Positions 11,931 through 22,520 of a stretch of 64,000 nucleotides of DNA are shown one piece after another. The position numbers and the translations under genes are program-made. The DNA is from Mobula hypostoma (Eukaryota): the NCBI RefSeq assembly GCF_963921235.1, contig NC_086097.1, forward strand, positions 26,600,001 to 26,664,000, written 5' to 3'. The notes under the pieces were generated by a model. The model was not told the origin of the DNA. It did not search any database and saw only the letters and a list, made by a program, of their open reading frames with translations. Position 1 is the stretch's first letter, and the number at the start of each line of letters is the position of its first letter.

Positions 11931-13374
11931 CCACTCAAAGTGGAAAAGAATTCTGCGTGGTACGGAGAACCTCAAGGTTATATGTTGTGAGCATACTAAA
12001 GTCCTTCATGTTAGCGGCTCTCTTAAACAACCTTCATGCTCAGACCAACTGCCAGAGAGAAGTGGATCTGTGGAATTCATTGCCACAGATGCTTATGTGG
12101 AGGCCAAATCATTCGACATATTTAACATGGAGGTCGGTAGGTTGTTAATTAGTCAGGATGCCAAAGGTCGAGGGGAGAAGGCAGAAGAATGGTGTTGAGA
12201 GTGATAATAAATCAGCCACAATGGAATAGTAGAGCAGACTCGATGCTTCGAATGGCCTAATTTTGCACCTATGTCTTATGACCCATCTGTCATTCCTACT
12301 TGGCCTCATCAGCCTCCTCAGAACACACTAAACTAGAGCAGGAACAAGTCATTCTCAATACCAAGGGACTGCCAAAAGAAAAAAAAATCAATCAGAGTCA
12401 GAAATTTTGGATACTGATAACCAGAGAAGTCATGATCTTAAAGCCACCTCTGTCAAAATCTGCAATATAGATCACTGGGTCCTTGGGATTTATTGACTTT
12501 GTCTCACCAATGTATCTGTTACCTTTTTTAAAACTAGCTTCCTTCAATTCTTCATTTTAAATTCTTAGATCTCTTATATTTTTACAAGTTTTCTGACTTC
12601 TTCTTCCCTGATGTATTTGGTTAACTTCTCTGTCAATTCCTATGGCTATTATAAATACTCCCATCTCTGTCCTTTTCTTTTTATAAGTGTTTTTCTGTAG
12701 AACAACACTCCATAAATTGCCTACCATTATAAATTAAAATCACGAGGTTACTATAATAAATTCAAACCATTAAGCTAAATTAAACAAATAAACAGTTAAA
12801 ATTAAATCAGCCCTTTACTGAAGTGCATTCTCTGCACTCAGATGGTACTTCACAGTACTAACTCAGAGTCCACAGGAAAAAAGGAGAGGAATGAGACATC
12901 AAAAGGCTTCCTCCTTTGCATAATAACTCCAGGCTTCCAAGATGAGTGTAATACTTCATGTTGGGCAGTATTAATAAAATTCCATCCAATTGTCAAAGTT
13001 GATAATTCACTGCACGTTTTTGTTCAGGTTAAGAACCTAAGACTCGCAAAATCAAACTCTGCACATTGGGATATTTTGGTGGTTTACATCTACATATTGT
13101 GGTCTTAATGATATAGAGAAGATGGAGCCAAGTTCATGATTAGAGCACCATTGACTCCTGCTATTAACTACTCCATTCATTCTGAGAGTACCAAGTAGGT
13201 TCCCGCTCAAGTCAATAATACTACAAACATATACTAGGGACGATCCCATCACCTCCCTCTGGTGCCCCTCCTCCTTTCCTTTCTCCAATAATCCACTCTC
13301 CTCTCCTATCAGATTCCCTCTTCAATCCTTTATCTCTTCATGTCCCAACATCTCACTTCATTCCCACCACTTTA

Positions 13375-13921
13375 CACTCAGTGGACACTTTATTAAATAA
13401 ATGTGTACAATTGCTTGTTAATGCAAATATCTAATCAGCCAACCATGTGACAGAAACTCAATGCAGAAAACCATGCAGAAAACCATGCAGATGTGGTCAA
13501 GAGGTTCAGTTATTCAGACCAAACATCAGAATGGGGAAGAAAATCAGATCTAAGTGACTGACTGCAGAATGACAGTAGATACCGGACAGGGTAGTTTGAG
13601 TATCTCAGAGCTGCTGATCTAATGTGATTTTCATGCACAACAGTCTCTAAAATTTACAGAGAATGGTGCAAAAAACAAAAATATCCAGTGACTGGCAGTT
13701 CTGTGGGTGGAAATACCTTGTTAATGAGAGAGGTCAGAGGAGAACGACTAGACTGGTTCAAGATGACAAGCGAGAGTAACTCAAATTCCACACATTACTA
13801 CAGTAGTGTGCAGAAGAGCATGCGCAACGTGTCGAGGCTTGAGGTGGATGGTCGACAGCAGAAGACCACAAACATACACTATTAGGTACAGGAAGTATCT
13901 TAATCAAGTGGCCACTGAGTG
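13375..13921 (+). mobile_element. Non-autonomous Tc1/mariner element
   Basis: TA flanks (13373-74, 13922-23); 21-bp TIRs cactcagtgg(a/c)cactt(t/g)atta; decayed transposase N-terminus (MGKK.DLSD...ISE.ADL..FS.TTVS..YREW). Confidence 0.9.
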
Positions 13922-14797
13922 TAGATGATTATTCAAACCAGAACACAGCACAAAACCATGGGAATACAAATATCAACATAATCCAAAGCAGTGAAGAAAA
14001 AAATCCAAATGCCTCAGGAAATAAAGTACTGGAAATACTTAGACCGGTTGAAATGGGTTAAGATGTTGATCAATGACCTTCATGAAAACCGGGAAAATCA
14101 AACAAACCTTCAAAATCATATTCAACATAAAATTTGAGAGAAACTTCATTAGCTCAGATTTTAGCTGAGTTGAAATGGGTTTTTTTTAAATAAGGGTCCA
14201 AACTAAAAACTAATACTTGATCTCCAGCTCTGTGACTCACTGAAAAAAAAATCTTTTAACTCTCTTTCAAATTGGTTCTCTATGTACATTTCACATTTTC
14301 TTTGTACTTTACATCAACCAGTTTATTACATATTCAGCAAAGTAAGCTTTCATGCTTCCTCCTTATTAAAAAGAGGAAGGTGTTCTTTCTTAATGCAGAG
14401 TACTTGACTTTGCCATGATGCAGTTAAGAGTTTTGAAAGGCACCATTAAGATTTTTCAATGCTGTGATTGGTGAGATAACAGCATAGCAGTTAGTGTAAC
14501 GCTTTACAGCACTGGCTGTAATATTCCACCGTTGTCTGTAAGGAGTCTGTACATTCTCTACATGATTGTGTGGGTTTCCTCAGGGTGCTCTGGTTTCCTC
14601 TCACATTCCAAAGATGCACGGTTTAGGGTCAGTGAGTTGTGAGCATGCTATGCTGGCACAGAAGCATGGTGAGATGCCCAGTACAATCCTCGCTGATTTG
14701 ATTTGATGCTCAGAATGAACTTCACAGTACGTTTTGATGTAACACTCACAACATGCTGGAGGAACTCAGCAGGTCGGACAGCATCCGTGGAAACGAT

Positions 14798-14835
14798 CAG
14801 TCAACGTTTCAGGCCAGAACCCTTCGTCAGGACTG
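14798..14835 (-). ncRNA. Minimal type I hammerhead ribozyme motif (Penelope-associated)
   Basis: Minus strand cagtc-CTGACGA-agg gttctgg cct-GAAA-cgtt-gactg: stem I cagtc/gactg, stem II agg/cct, self-complementary ACGT stem III, GUU cleavage triplet. Confidence 0.65.
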
Positions 14836-15666
14836 AAGAGGGAAGGGGCAGAGCCCCTAAAAAGAAGGTGGGGGGAGGGTGGAAAGGAGAAGGCCGGTAG
14901 GTGCCAGGTGAAAAACCAGGAAGGGGAAAGATCAAGGGGTGGGGGGAGGGGAAGCAGGGAGGGGATAGGCAGGAAAGGTGAAGAAGGAATAGGGGAAAGC
15001 ACAATGGGTGGTAGAAGGAGGCGGAACCATGAGGGAGGTAGTAGGCAGCTGGGGGAGGGGGCAGAGTGAAACTGGGATAGGGGAAGGGAGGGGGAGGGAA
15101 TTACCAGAAGTTGGAGAATTCAATATTCATACCAAGGGGCTGGAGACTACTCAGACGGTATATGAGGTGAGACTCGACGCAGATTGGGGGGGCCGCTTCA
15201 TCGAGCACCTCCACTCCGTCTGCCACAACAGACAGGATCTCGCAGTTGCCACCCACTTCAACTGTGCTTCCCATTCCCATTCGGATATGTCCATACCTGG
15301 ACTCCTCTACTGCCATGATGAGGCTAAACTCAGGTTGGAAGAGCAACACCTCATATACCCTCTGGGTAGTCTCCAGCCCCTTGGTATGAACACTGAATTC
15401 TCCAACTTCCAGTAATTCCCTCCCCCTCCCTTCCCCTATCCCAGTTTCACTCGGCCCCCTCCCCCAGCTGCCCACTACCTCCCTCATGGTTTCGCCTCCT
15501 TCTACTATCCATTGCGCTTTCCCCTATTTCTTCCTCACCTTTCCTGCCTATCCCCTCCCCCACCCCTTTACCTTTCCCCTTCCTGGTTTTTCACCTGGAA
15601 CCTACCAGCTCTCTCCTTCCCACTCTCCCCCCACCTTCTTTATAGGGCCTCTGCCCCTTCCCTCTT

Positions 15667-15704
15667 CAGTCCTGATGAAGGGTTCCGGCCCGAAACATTG
15701 ACTG
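15667..15704 (+). ncRNA. Minimal hammerhead motif, stem III mutated
   Basis: cagtc-CTGATGA-a ggg ttccgg ccc-GAAA-catt-gactg; the cgtt>catt change (CpG decay) breaks the ACGT palindrome. Confidence 0.5.
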
Positions 15705-16069
15705 ATCGTTTCCACGGATGCTGCCCGACCTGCTGAGTTCCTCCAGCATGTTGTGAGTGTTGCTTTGACCCCAGCATCTGCAGAGTATTTTGTGTTTCTG
15801 TTTTGATGTATACGTGACAAATAAAGCTCACCTTTAACCAAAAGACTGGGGAAAGGGGCATTCTTCATTCTTCACGCATTCTTCACACATGTCTTTAATG
15901 CATCTGTAGCTCAGTGGAATACTGTGCTGAGTAGGTGACAATGATGAGTGGATATTATGAAGATCATAAAACCAAGCTTTCTCTACTCTGAATTGATTTT
16001 TAGTCCAGGATTCACCATCAACTATCTTTTTCTGTCTCGCAATTGAAACTCAAAGATATCAATTGAGTC

Positions 16070-16625
16070 CAGCAATGTGAGTACTGCGGATTCGCTCCAC
16101 GCTCGAAGTCCAGCGATGTGGACATGGGGACAAAGGTCATCCAGAGACTAGACTTCTGCCCTGCACTGGATGGTCAGTGACATGGACGGGTGACAAAGGA
16201 TATCCATGGATGTCAGGCTGTCCCAGGTCAGTGGATCCCAATATCAGATGTCTGTGAGTGCAGGAGGCTCAAGGCCCAGTCAGTCGATGCACCCAGAGTT
16301 CGAGGTCCTGCCATCTGCTAGTCTGGGGTTGGATTGCAATGATCAAAGCCCAAAGGTTGATTGGAAGTCAGGAGACTTGTCCTGGAGTTGGGGGACTGTC
16401 TGTGTGTGCGGGTGGGAGGAAAGGGGAGTGTTTTGTTGTTGGTTCTTTTCTGTTTTATTGTGATACGTGTTGTGTTGTTCTGCTGCGCATTGTTGACATG
16501 CTATGTTGATGCTGAAGTGTGTAACGATACTTGCAGGCTACTTTCAACACATCCCTTGATTGATTCTTTATGCAAACAACACATTTTAACATGTACACTT
16601 GATAAATAAGTCTGAATCTGAATCT
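16070..16625 (+). mobile_element. Non-coding retroelement with (TCTGAA)n tail
   Basis: Ends acttgataaataagtctgaatctgaatct; no tRNA head and no ORF. Confidence 0.6.
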
Positions 16626-17041
16626 TTAAATAATATTCCTGGGAGGTACAAAGTTCAAGAAACTTGGGACTTTTTTCTTACATTGTAGGTGCGTCATGCA
16701 GACGCATACAATCTTCAGAAATCCTCTACTGAATTACGTTTCTTAAAATAAACCTACTGCAGATTGGTTTCTCAGCTCTCCGATAAAACCTTGGCAAAAG
16801 TACAATGTCAACATACACAATCATTGCACATGGTTTCTAAATCCAACCTACAGAAAGATCAGGATTAATTCACATTTGAATTAGGTTCCTTAATATACTA
16901 AATATCTAACACAATACTTCCACTGCACCTTTTTTTTTACAAAATGTAGAAAGTACTGATAGTTTTACTAGACATAAAATCAAAGTATAGCCAAACCTTG
17001 AGAGCAACAAATAAATTCAGCAGAACCGGCTATAGTTCAGT

Positions 17042-17350
17042 TGGCACCACAGTAGCATTGCAGTTAGTGCGACACTATTACAGCTCGGGGCATAGGAATT
17101 CAGAGTTGAGAGTTCAATCCCAGTGTCCTCCGTTAGGAGTCTATACATCCTCCCCTGGGAATACAAGGATTTTCTCCAGGTGCTCGAGTTTCTTCCCACA
17201 ATCCAGAGACATACTGGATGGATTAATTGGTCATTGTAAATTGTCCCATGATTAGGTTAGGGCTAAATTAGGGTTATCAGGGGTTGCTGGGCAGCGCAGT
17301 TCAAAGGGCTGAAAGGTCCTGTCCTGCATTGTATTTCTAAAGAAACTAGA
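17042..17350 (+). mobile_element. V-domain tRNA-SINE, CR1-type tail
   Basis: B-box agttcaatcc; V-domain ttctccaggtgctcgagtttcttcccacaatccagagac; tail aagggctgaaaggtcctgtcctgcattgtatttctaaa. Confidence 0.8.
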
Positions 17351-17537
17351 TAAGTATTCCAAAATTCTGAGACGCCAACATGAAGCAGCAATAAACAACA
17401 TAATAAGATTAAACGAACAGACAGGCTACCCATTTGGGAATATATTATCTATAGTTTAATAGGTTTCCTCGTCAAAGGTGATTAAGCAAGGGAATGCTTG
17501 TGAAAACAAAGAAGATCAAAATCGATTAAAATTAGAA

Positions 17538-17860
17538 GGGGCAGCACGGAGGCATAGTGGTTAGCATAAACCTTTACTGCACCAACGATTGGAAGATCAG
17601 GGTTCAATTCCACTCCTGTCTGTAAGGAGTTTGTATGTTTTCCCCGTGACCACATGGGGTTCCTCGTACTCTGGTTTCCTCCCACATTCCAAAGACGTGT
17701 GTTTGGGTTAGAAAGTTGTGAGCATGCTATACCGGCACTGGAAGTGTGGCGATACTTGTGGATATACCTCAGCACATCCCTCGACTGTGTTGGTCGTTGA
17801 GGCTAACTACGCATTTCACTGTATATTTTGATGTACGTGTGACAAATAAAGCTAATCTTC
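17538..17860 (+). mobile_element. V-domain tRNA-SINE, full length
   Basis: A-box ggcatagtggtta, B-box ggttcaattcc, V-domain ctctggtttcctcccacattccaaagacgtg, tail gtgacaaataaagctaatctt. Further copies at about 9890-10125, 22070-22225, 23806-24110, 26594-26883, 49100-49535, 49697-50012, 50226-50610, 52977-53311 and 54870-55180. Confidence 0.9.
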
Positions 17861-18610
17861 ATTTAATGGGATGAAAATCCACAGAGATGATGCAAATATA
17901 TGTAATTTAGTAAATACAGAATTATAGAACAGCAAGGCATTATAGGGCACACCACAATGCCTAAAATAATCCAATAACCTGAAGTCATGTACAAGAATTT
18001 ATAAGACATAGGAAAAGAATTAGGCTACTTGGCCCATCAGGTCTGCTCTACCATTCAATCCTGGCCAATTTATTTGGCCTCTCAAGACCATTCTCCTGAT
18101 CTCTCCTTGTAACCTTGGACACCCTTAACTACACCCAATGACTCTACAGCTGTGTGTGGCAATGAGTTGCACAGATTCATCACCCTCTGGTTAAAGAAAT
18201 TCCCCCTCATCCCTGTTACAGACCTAGAGAGAGCACAGTGGAGATTCACGAGGATGTTCCCTGGAATAAAAGTATTTCAGTTATGAGGAGAAACTGGACA
18301 GGCTGGAGAATGAAGCAGCAGTAGGGAGGGGTGATCTGAGTGAGGAAACAAAATTGTGAGGGATAAAGTTACAATGCAGATCATAATATATTTTTCCACA
18401 TAACAGATGTTAAGAACTAGAGTGCATAGCTCTAAGGTAAAGGAAAAGAAGTTTGCAGAGCGTATGAGGGAAGTTTTTCACCCATAAGGTGCTTGCAACC
18501 AACTGCCTGAGGGGGTGATAGAAGCATTTCAGATACACCTGGACGAACAGTTGAACTGACAAGGCATTGAAGACTACAGGCCAAGAAAATGAGATTAGCA
18601 TAGACAGATA

Positions 18611-19392
18611 TTCAAGTTCAAACTTTACTATCATTCAGTTATACCTGAATATCCATGAATACAGCTAAATGAGACAGTGTTCCTCTGAGGCCAAGGGGCA
18701 AAACATAATACCGACAGCACAAGGCACATAGAGCACATACAAGATAGCAGGTAAACATACAGTCACACAAAAAAATATATAGCCCGAGTCCAAGTGACAT
18801 GTCCTGCAAATCGACTGTGCAGATGTGTTATCGACAGGAACAAGCAATTCTCAGCAGTCCACAAATGAACATACGCACAAAATCCAGCTTGTCATTCCAC
18901 AGATCGAACATTGGAGGGCAGCACCTACAGAAAGTGCCAGCCCCCAACCCAGCATGGACGCCGAGCTACTCCGCCTTTAGCGCCTCCTCTTCTGGACTGC
19001 TGCTACAGACTAGCTCACAGCTTGAGTTGGAAGCCATGCAGCTCCCCTGCCGTCTGTCAAGCCAATAAACAAGGGAAACAGACTTGTTGATCAATTCCAA
19101 CAGGGTCTTGCAATCGCAAGAGAAAATCCAGGACAATCACTTGCAGTTAAGACTGCACACCGCCTTCGTGCACCAGCTCCAATGCCTTCCTGTAGCAGGC
19201 AGTAATACAGTCCACACAAAATCCTGTTCCCCTAGCTCCTCCACCAACGAACAGCTTGCTGATGGAGTAGACCTGCAATACCTAAAGTTCTCAATGTCCA
19301 GCACAGTCCTGTGATTGTACAAAAGATGTTTGATGAAGACCTTTGGTTGGCCCCTAAGAGGCCGCTGCATCCAAACACACCACCATCTTACC
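18611..19392 (-). mobile_element. Non-coding ~780-nt retroelement inserted in a CR1 tail
   Basis: Minus strand starts ggtaagatggtgg and ends in a (TTGAAC)n tail; the CR1 3' UTR continues on both sides. Confidence 0.65.
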
Positions 19393-19566
19393 AAAAAGTA
19401 AGGTCAACATTAGACCAAAAGACCTGGTTCTATCCTATAGTACTCTGTGAGTACTCACCTACTGTGCTAACTAACACCTGACACGTGGAGAAATTGCACA
19501 AGTTTAGCTTGAAAATACAGTATAAAGTTGTTTTCATCTGTTAAATCATACCTAGCTTGTACTGAC

Positions 19567-20025
19567 CCTTCACAATTGTTGTGATTTTGCTCACTTGATT
19601 AAGCAGTCCATTAGATGTGGTATCAAATTAAGGCCTTTGCCCTTGCTGCCTGCTGAAGCGGATGTGAGAGGGCCCAAAGCACCTTACCTTTGGCAATGGT
19701 TTTCCCTCAAGTAAAGGAATAAATTAACATGAAGATCACAGAACAGTACAACACAGGAACAAGCCCTTTGGTCTATGATACCTAGGCATGATGGTAGGGG
19801 CCTTCCACAATTGTTGCGATTTTGCTCACACAATTAAATAGACCTTTGGAAGAGAATACAAATTAAGGCCCTTGCCCTTTCTGCCTGCTGAAGTGGATAT
19901 GAAAGAATCTGAAGTACGATACCTTTGGTAATGGTCTCCCTTAAGCAATAGAATAAATGAACAAAGTTTTAACACAGAACATGGAACACAGAGCATTACA
20001 GCAAAGGAACAGGCGCTTTGCCCAC
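19567..20025 (+). repeat. Old two-copy tandem duplication, period ~235 nt
   Basis: cacaattgttg(t/c)gattttgctcac...caaattaaggcc(t/c)ttgccctt(g/t)ctgcctgctgaag...tacctttgg(c/t)aatggt at 19571 and 19806. Confidence 0.85.
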
Positions 20026-20084
20026 ATTGCCTGGGGAGGTGGTACAGATACATTAGGCACATTTAAGGAAGTCTTAGATAGGCA

Positions 20085-21100
20085 CTTGGCCTTAACATCC
20101 TTCATATAATGAGGCAACCAGAAATGTATGCAATACTCCAAATGTGGCCTAACTATAGATTTATAAAGCTGAAATGTAACTTCCAAGTCTTTAACTCAAT
20201 TCCTGAACTAATGAAGGCAGACATGGCATATGCCTTCTTCACCATCCTATCAACCCATGTAGCCACTTTCAGGAAGCTATTGACTTAGACCCCCAGATCC
20301 CTCTGCACATCAACACTGTTAAAGGTCTTCCTTTTATTTTTGATCTCCCAAACTGCAACACTTCACATTTGGCCGGGTTAAACTCTATCTGCCATTTCTC
20401 TGCCCATATCTGCAACTCATCCAAACCCCTTAGAAACATATAAAGTGATGAAAGGGACAGATAAGATAGAGGCAGGAAAGTTGTTTCCACTGGTAGGTGA
20501 GACTAGAACTAGGGGACATAGCCTCAAGATTCGGGGAAGTAGATTTAAGACAGAGATGAGGAGGAACTGCTATTCCCAGAGTGGTGAATCTGTGGAATTC
20601 TCTGCCCAATGAAGCAGTGGAGGCTACCTCAGTAAATATATTTAAGACAAGATTGGATAAAATTTTGCATAGTAGAGATGAATCCATGACCAGATCAGCA
20701 ATGATCTTATCGAATGGCAATGCAGGCTCGACGAGCCAGATGGCCTATTCCTGCTCCTATTTCTTATGTTCTAATGTCCTACTGTATCCTTTGCCAGTCT
20801 TCTACACTATCCACACCACCACCAATCTTCTACCAAACTTATTAACTCACACAACCAAATCTTCTGGATAAGCCTTCCATAACGGACATTGTCAAATGCC
20901 TTACTAAAATCCATGCAGACAACATCCACAGATCTACTTTCACCTGTCACCTTTGTCACCTCTTCAAAAAATACAATCAAGTTAGTAAGACACAACTTTT
21001 CCCCACACAAAGCCATGATGACTTTCCCTAATTAGGCTTAATTTTCCAAATGCTCATAAATCCCCTGTAAGAATTTTCTCCAGTAACTTCTCACTGACAT
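20085..21100 (-). mobile_element. CR1 fragment (minus) with a nested opposite-strand CR1 3' piece at ~20430-20777
   Basis: CLTNLIVFFEEV, MDFSKAFDNV and IVRPHLEYC remnants on minus; VVNLWNSLP plus CR1 tail on plus. Confidence 0.85.
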
Positions 21101-22420
21101 TTGTTTCCCACACATTTATCCAACTTAGTCACTTGTTTGCAAAATTTTGTTGAGTGAAAATATAAAATAGTGGCACACCAATTAATATTCTCTCAATATC
21201 CCTCATAATAGCCTTTGCATCTTATTGTCTACCTGCACTGCACTTTCTCTATAACTGTAATCCTATATACTGCATTCTGTTATTGTTGTTTTTTGTACCT
21301 CTTTGACTTGCTTATGTGTGGAATAACCTGTCTGGATGGCATCCAAACGAAAGCTTTTCATTCTATTCAATACACGTGACAATAACAAACTAATTACCAA
21401 ATAGCCTGGATGCATTTTGGGACATCCTGAAAACATGGAAGATACCACGTAGACTTCACCAGAATAAGAGTTCTATTATTACCCTGGAATATATAATCAA
21501 TGACACTAAAAGGAGTGTACAGACCTTGTAAAGACAATTTGCTGAATGAGGTAGCTGAAAAGCTGCAATGAATCCTGAGGCCGGAGACTTCCATGTATAA
21601 ATCTGATGATTTGGGAAAGACCAGGTGACCTGCCCACAAAAAGACTGAAAAAAAATTGACAGACAGCAAGGCCATGCCACAAGCTTGGCTGGCTGTCAAA
21701 AAAAAAAGAATATTTCTCTAAGTTTTTAATTTCAAAACATTCAAAATGCATCTGAAAAATGTGAATTAGGAATGTTAAATAAATTAGAAGTCAAAACAAA
21801 TTTACTTATAGGTAATTAAAGCACCTTAGAGAAACTAAAATTAAAAGCATCTTGTTCTTGAGCAATCCCTCAAGTTCAAGAATTACTTGCCTCTATTCCA
21901 GTTCTGAGATGGTTAATATTGCCGATGTATAAACTGTAGTCTCTTCCCCAGATGAATAAGTACTGACCAATAAGGTGGTAAAGCTGTGCATTCCTACTGC
22001 CATTTTCGGTGAGTTTCTGTGTACTTGATGCATGGACTCTAGGTTCAGGGATCCATTCTGAATGCTCAACTCTAACCCGTACATCTTTGGAATATGGGAG
22101 GAAAACAAAGCACCCAAAGGAAATGCACACGGTCACAGGGCGAACGTACAGACAGCAGCAAAATTGAACTCGGGTCGCTGACTCCATAAAGCATTATGCT
22201 CATCATTATACTACTGTGCCATCCCCAAACAGGAACAAAGAAAGTACCAAAAGTAAGTGATTCTAGGGCACTACAACTCTACAACTGATAAGACTGGCAG
22301 ATTTCAATTATCTCAAAATCAACTAAGATAACGTTAGTTAGGAATAAACATCTGGAACATATTCAAGAGAATCTTCTTGATCAGTAAATATTATTGCCCA
22401 ACAACAGAGGAGGAAGTAAT

Positions 22421-22520
22421 GTACACAAACTGATGGAGGAACTCAAGAGATTAGGTAGCATCTATGGAGGAGAATAAACAGTCAACATTTCGGTCCAAGG
22501 CACTTCGTCAGCAAATTAGA
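22421..22520 (-). mobile_element. Short Penelope-like 3'-end insertion
   Basis: 10-bp TSD aggaagtaat (22411-22420, 22521-22530); minus strand ctgacgaagtgccttggaccgaaatgttgactg is a hammerhead-like core. Confidence 0.75.

Larger units (their letters stand above)
14742..15799 (+). mobile_element. Penelope-like element (GIY-YIG C-terminus) with inverted 3'-end duplication
   Basis: 11-bp TSD gttttgatgta (14731-14741, 15800-15810); GETRRRLGGRFIEHL..VATHFN..HSHSDMSI..LRLEEQHLIY.LGSLQP.GMN remnant at 15166-15415; inverted arms 14741-15169 and 15347-15761. Confidence 0.9.
14480..15830 (+). mobile_element. V-domain tRNA-SINE whose tail is split by a Penelope-like insertion
   Basis: Head and V-domain at 14480-14620; tail gttttgatgta...gtgacaaataaagct resumes at 15800. 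Confidence 0.8.

Noticed and set aside
15008..15487. Two near-identical ORFs on opposite strands, suggesting a paired gene system
   Set aside because: An artefact of the Penelope inverted repeat; only the GIY-YIG C-terminal remnant is real coding ancestry.
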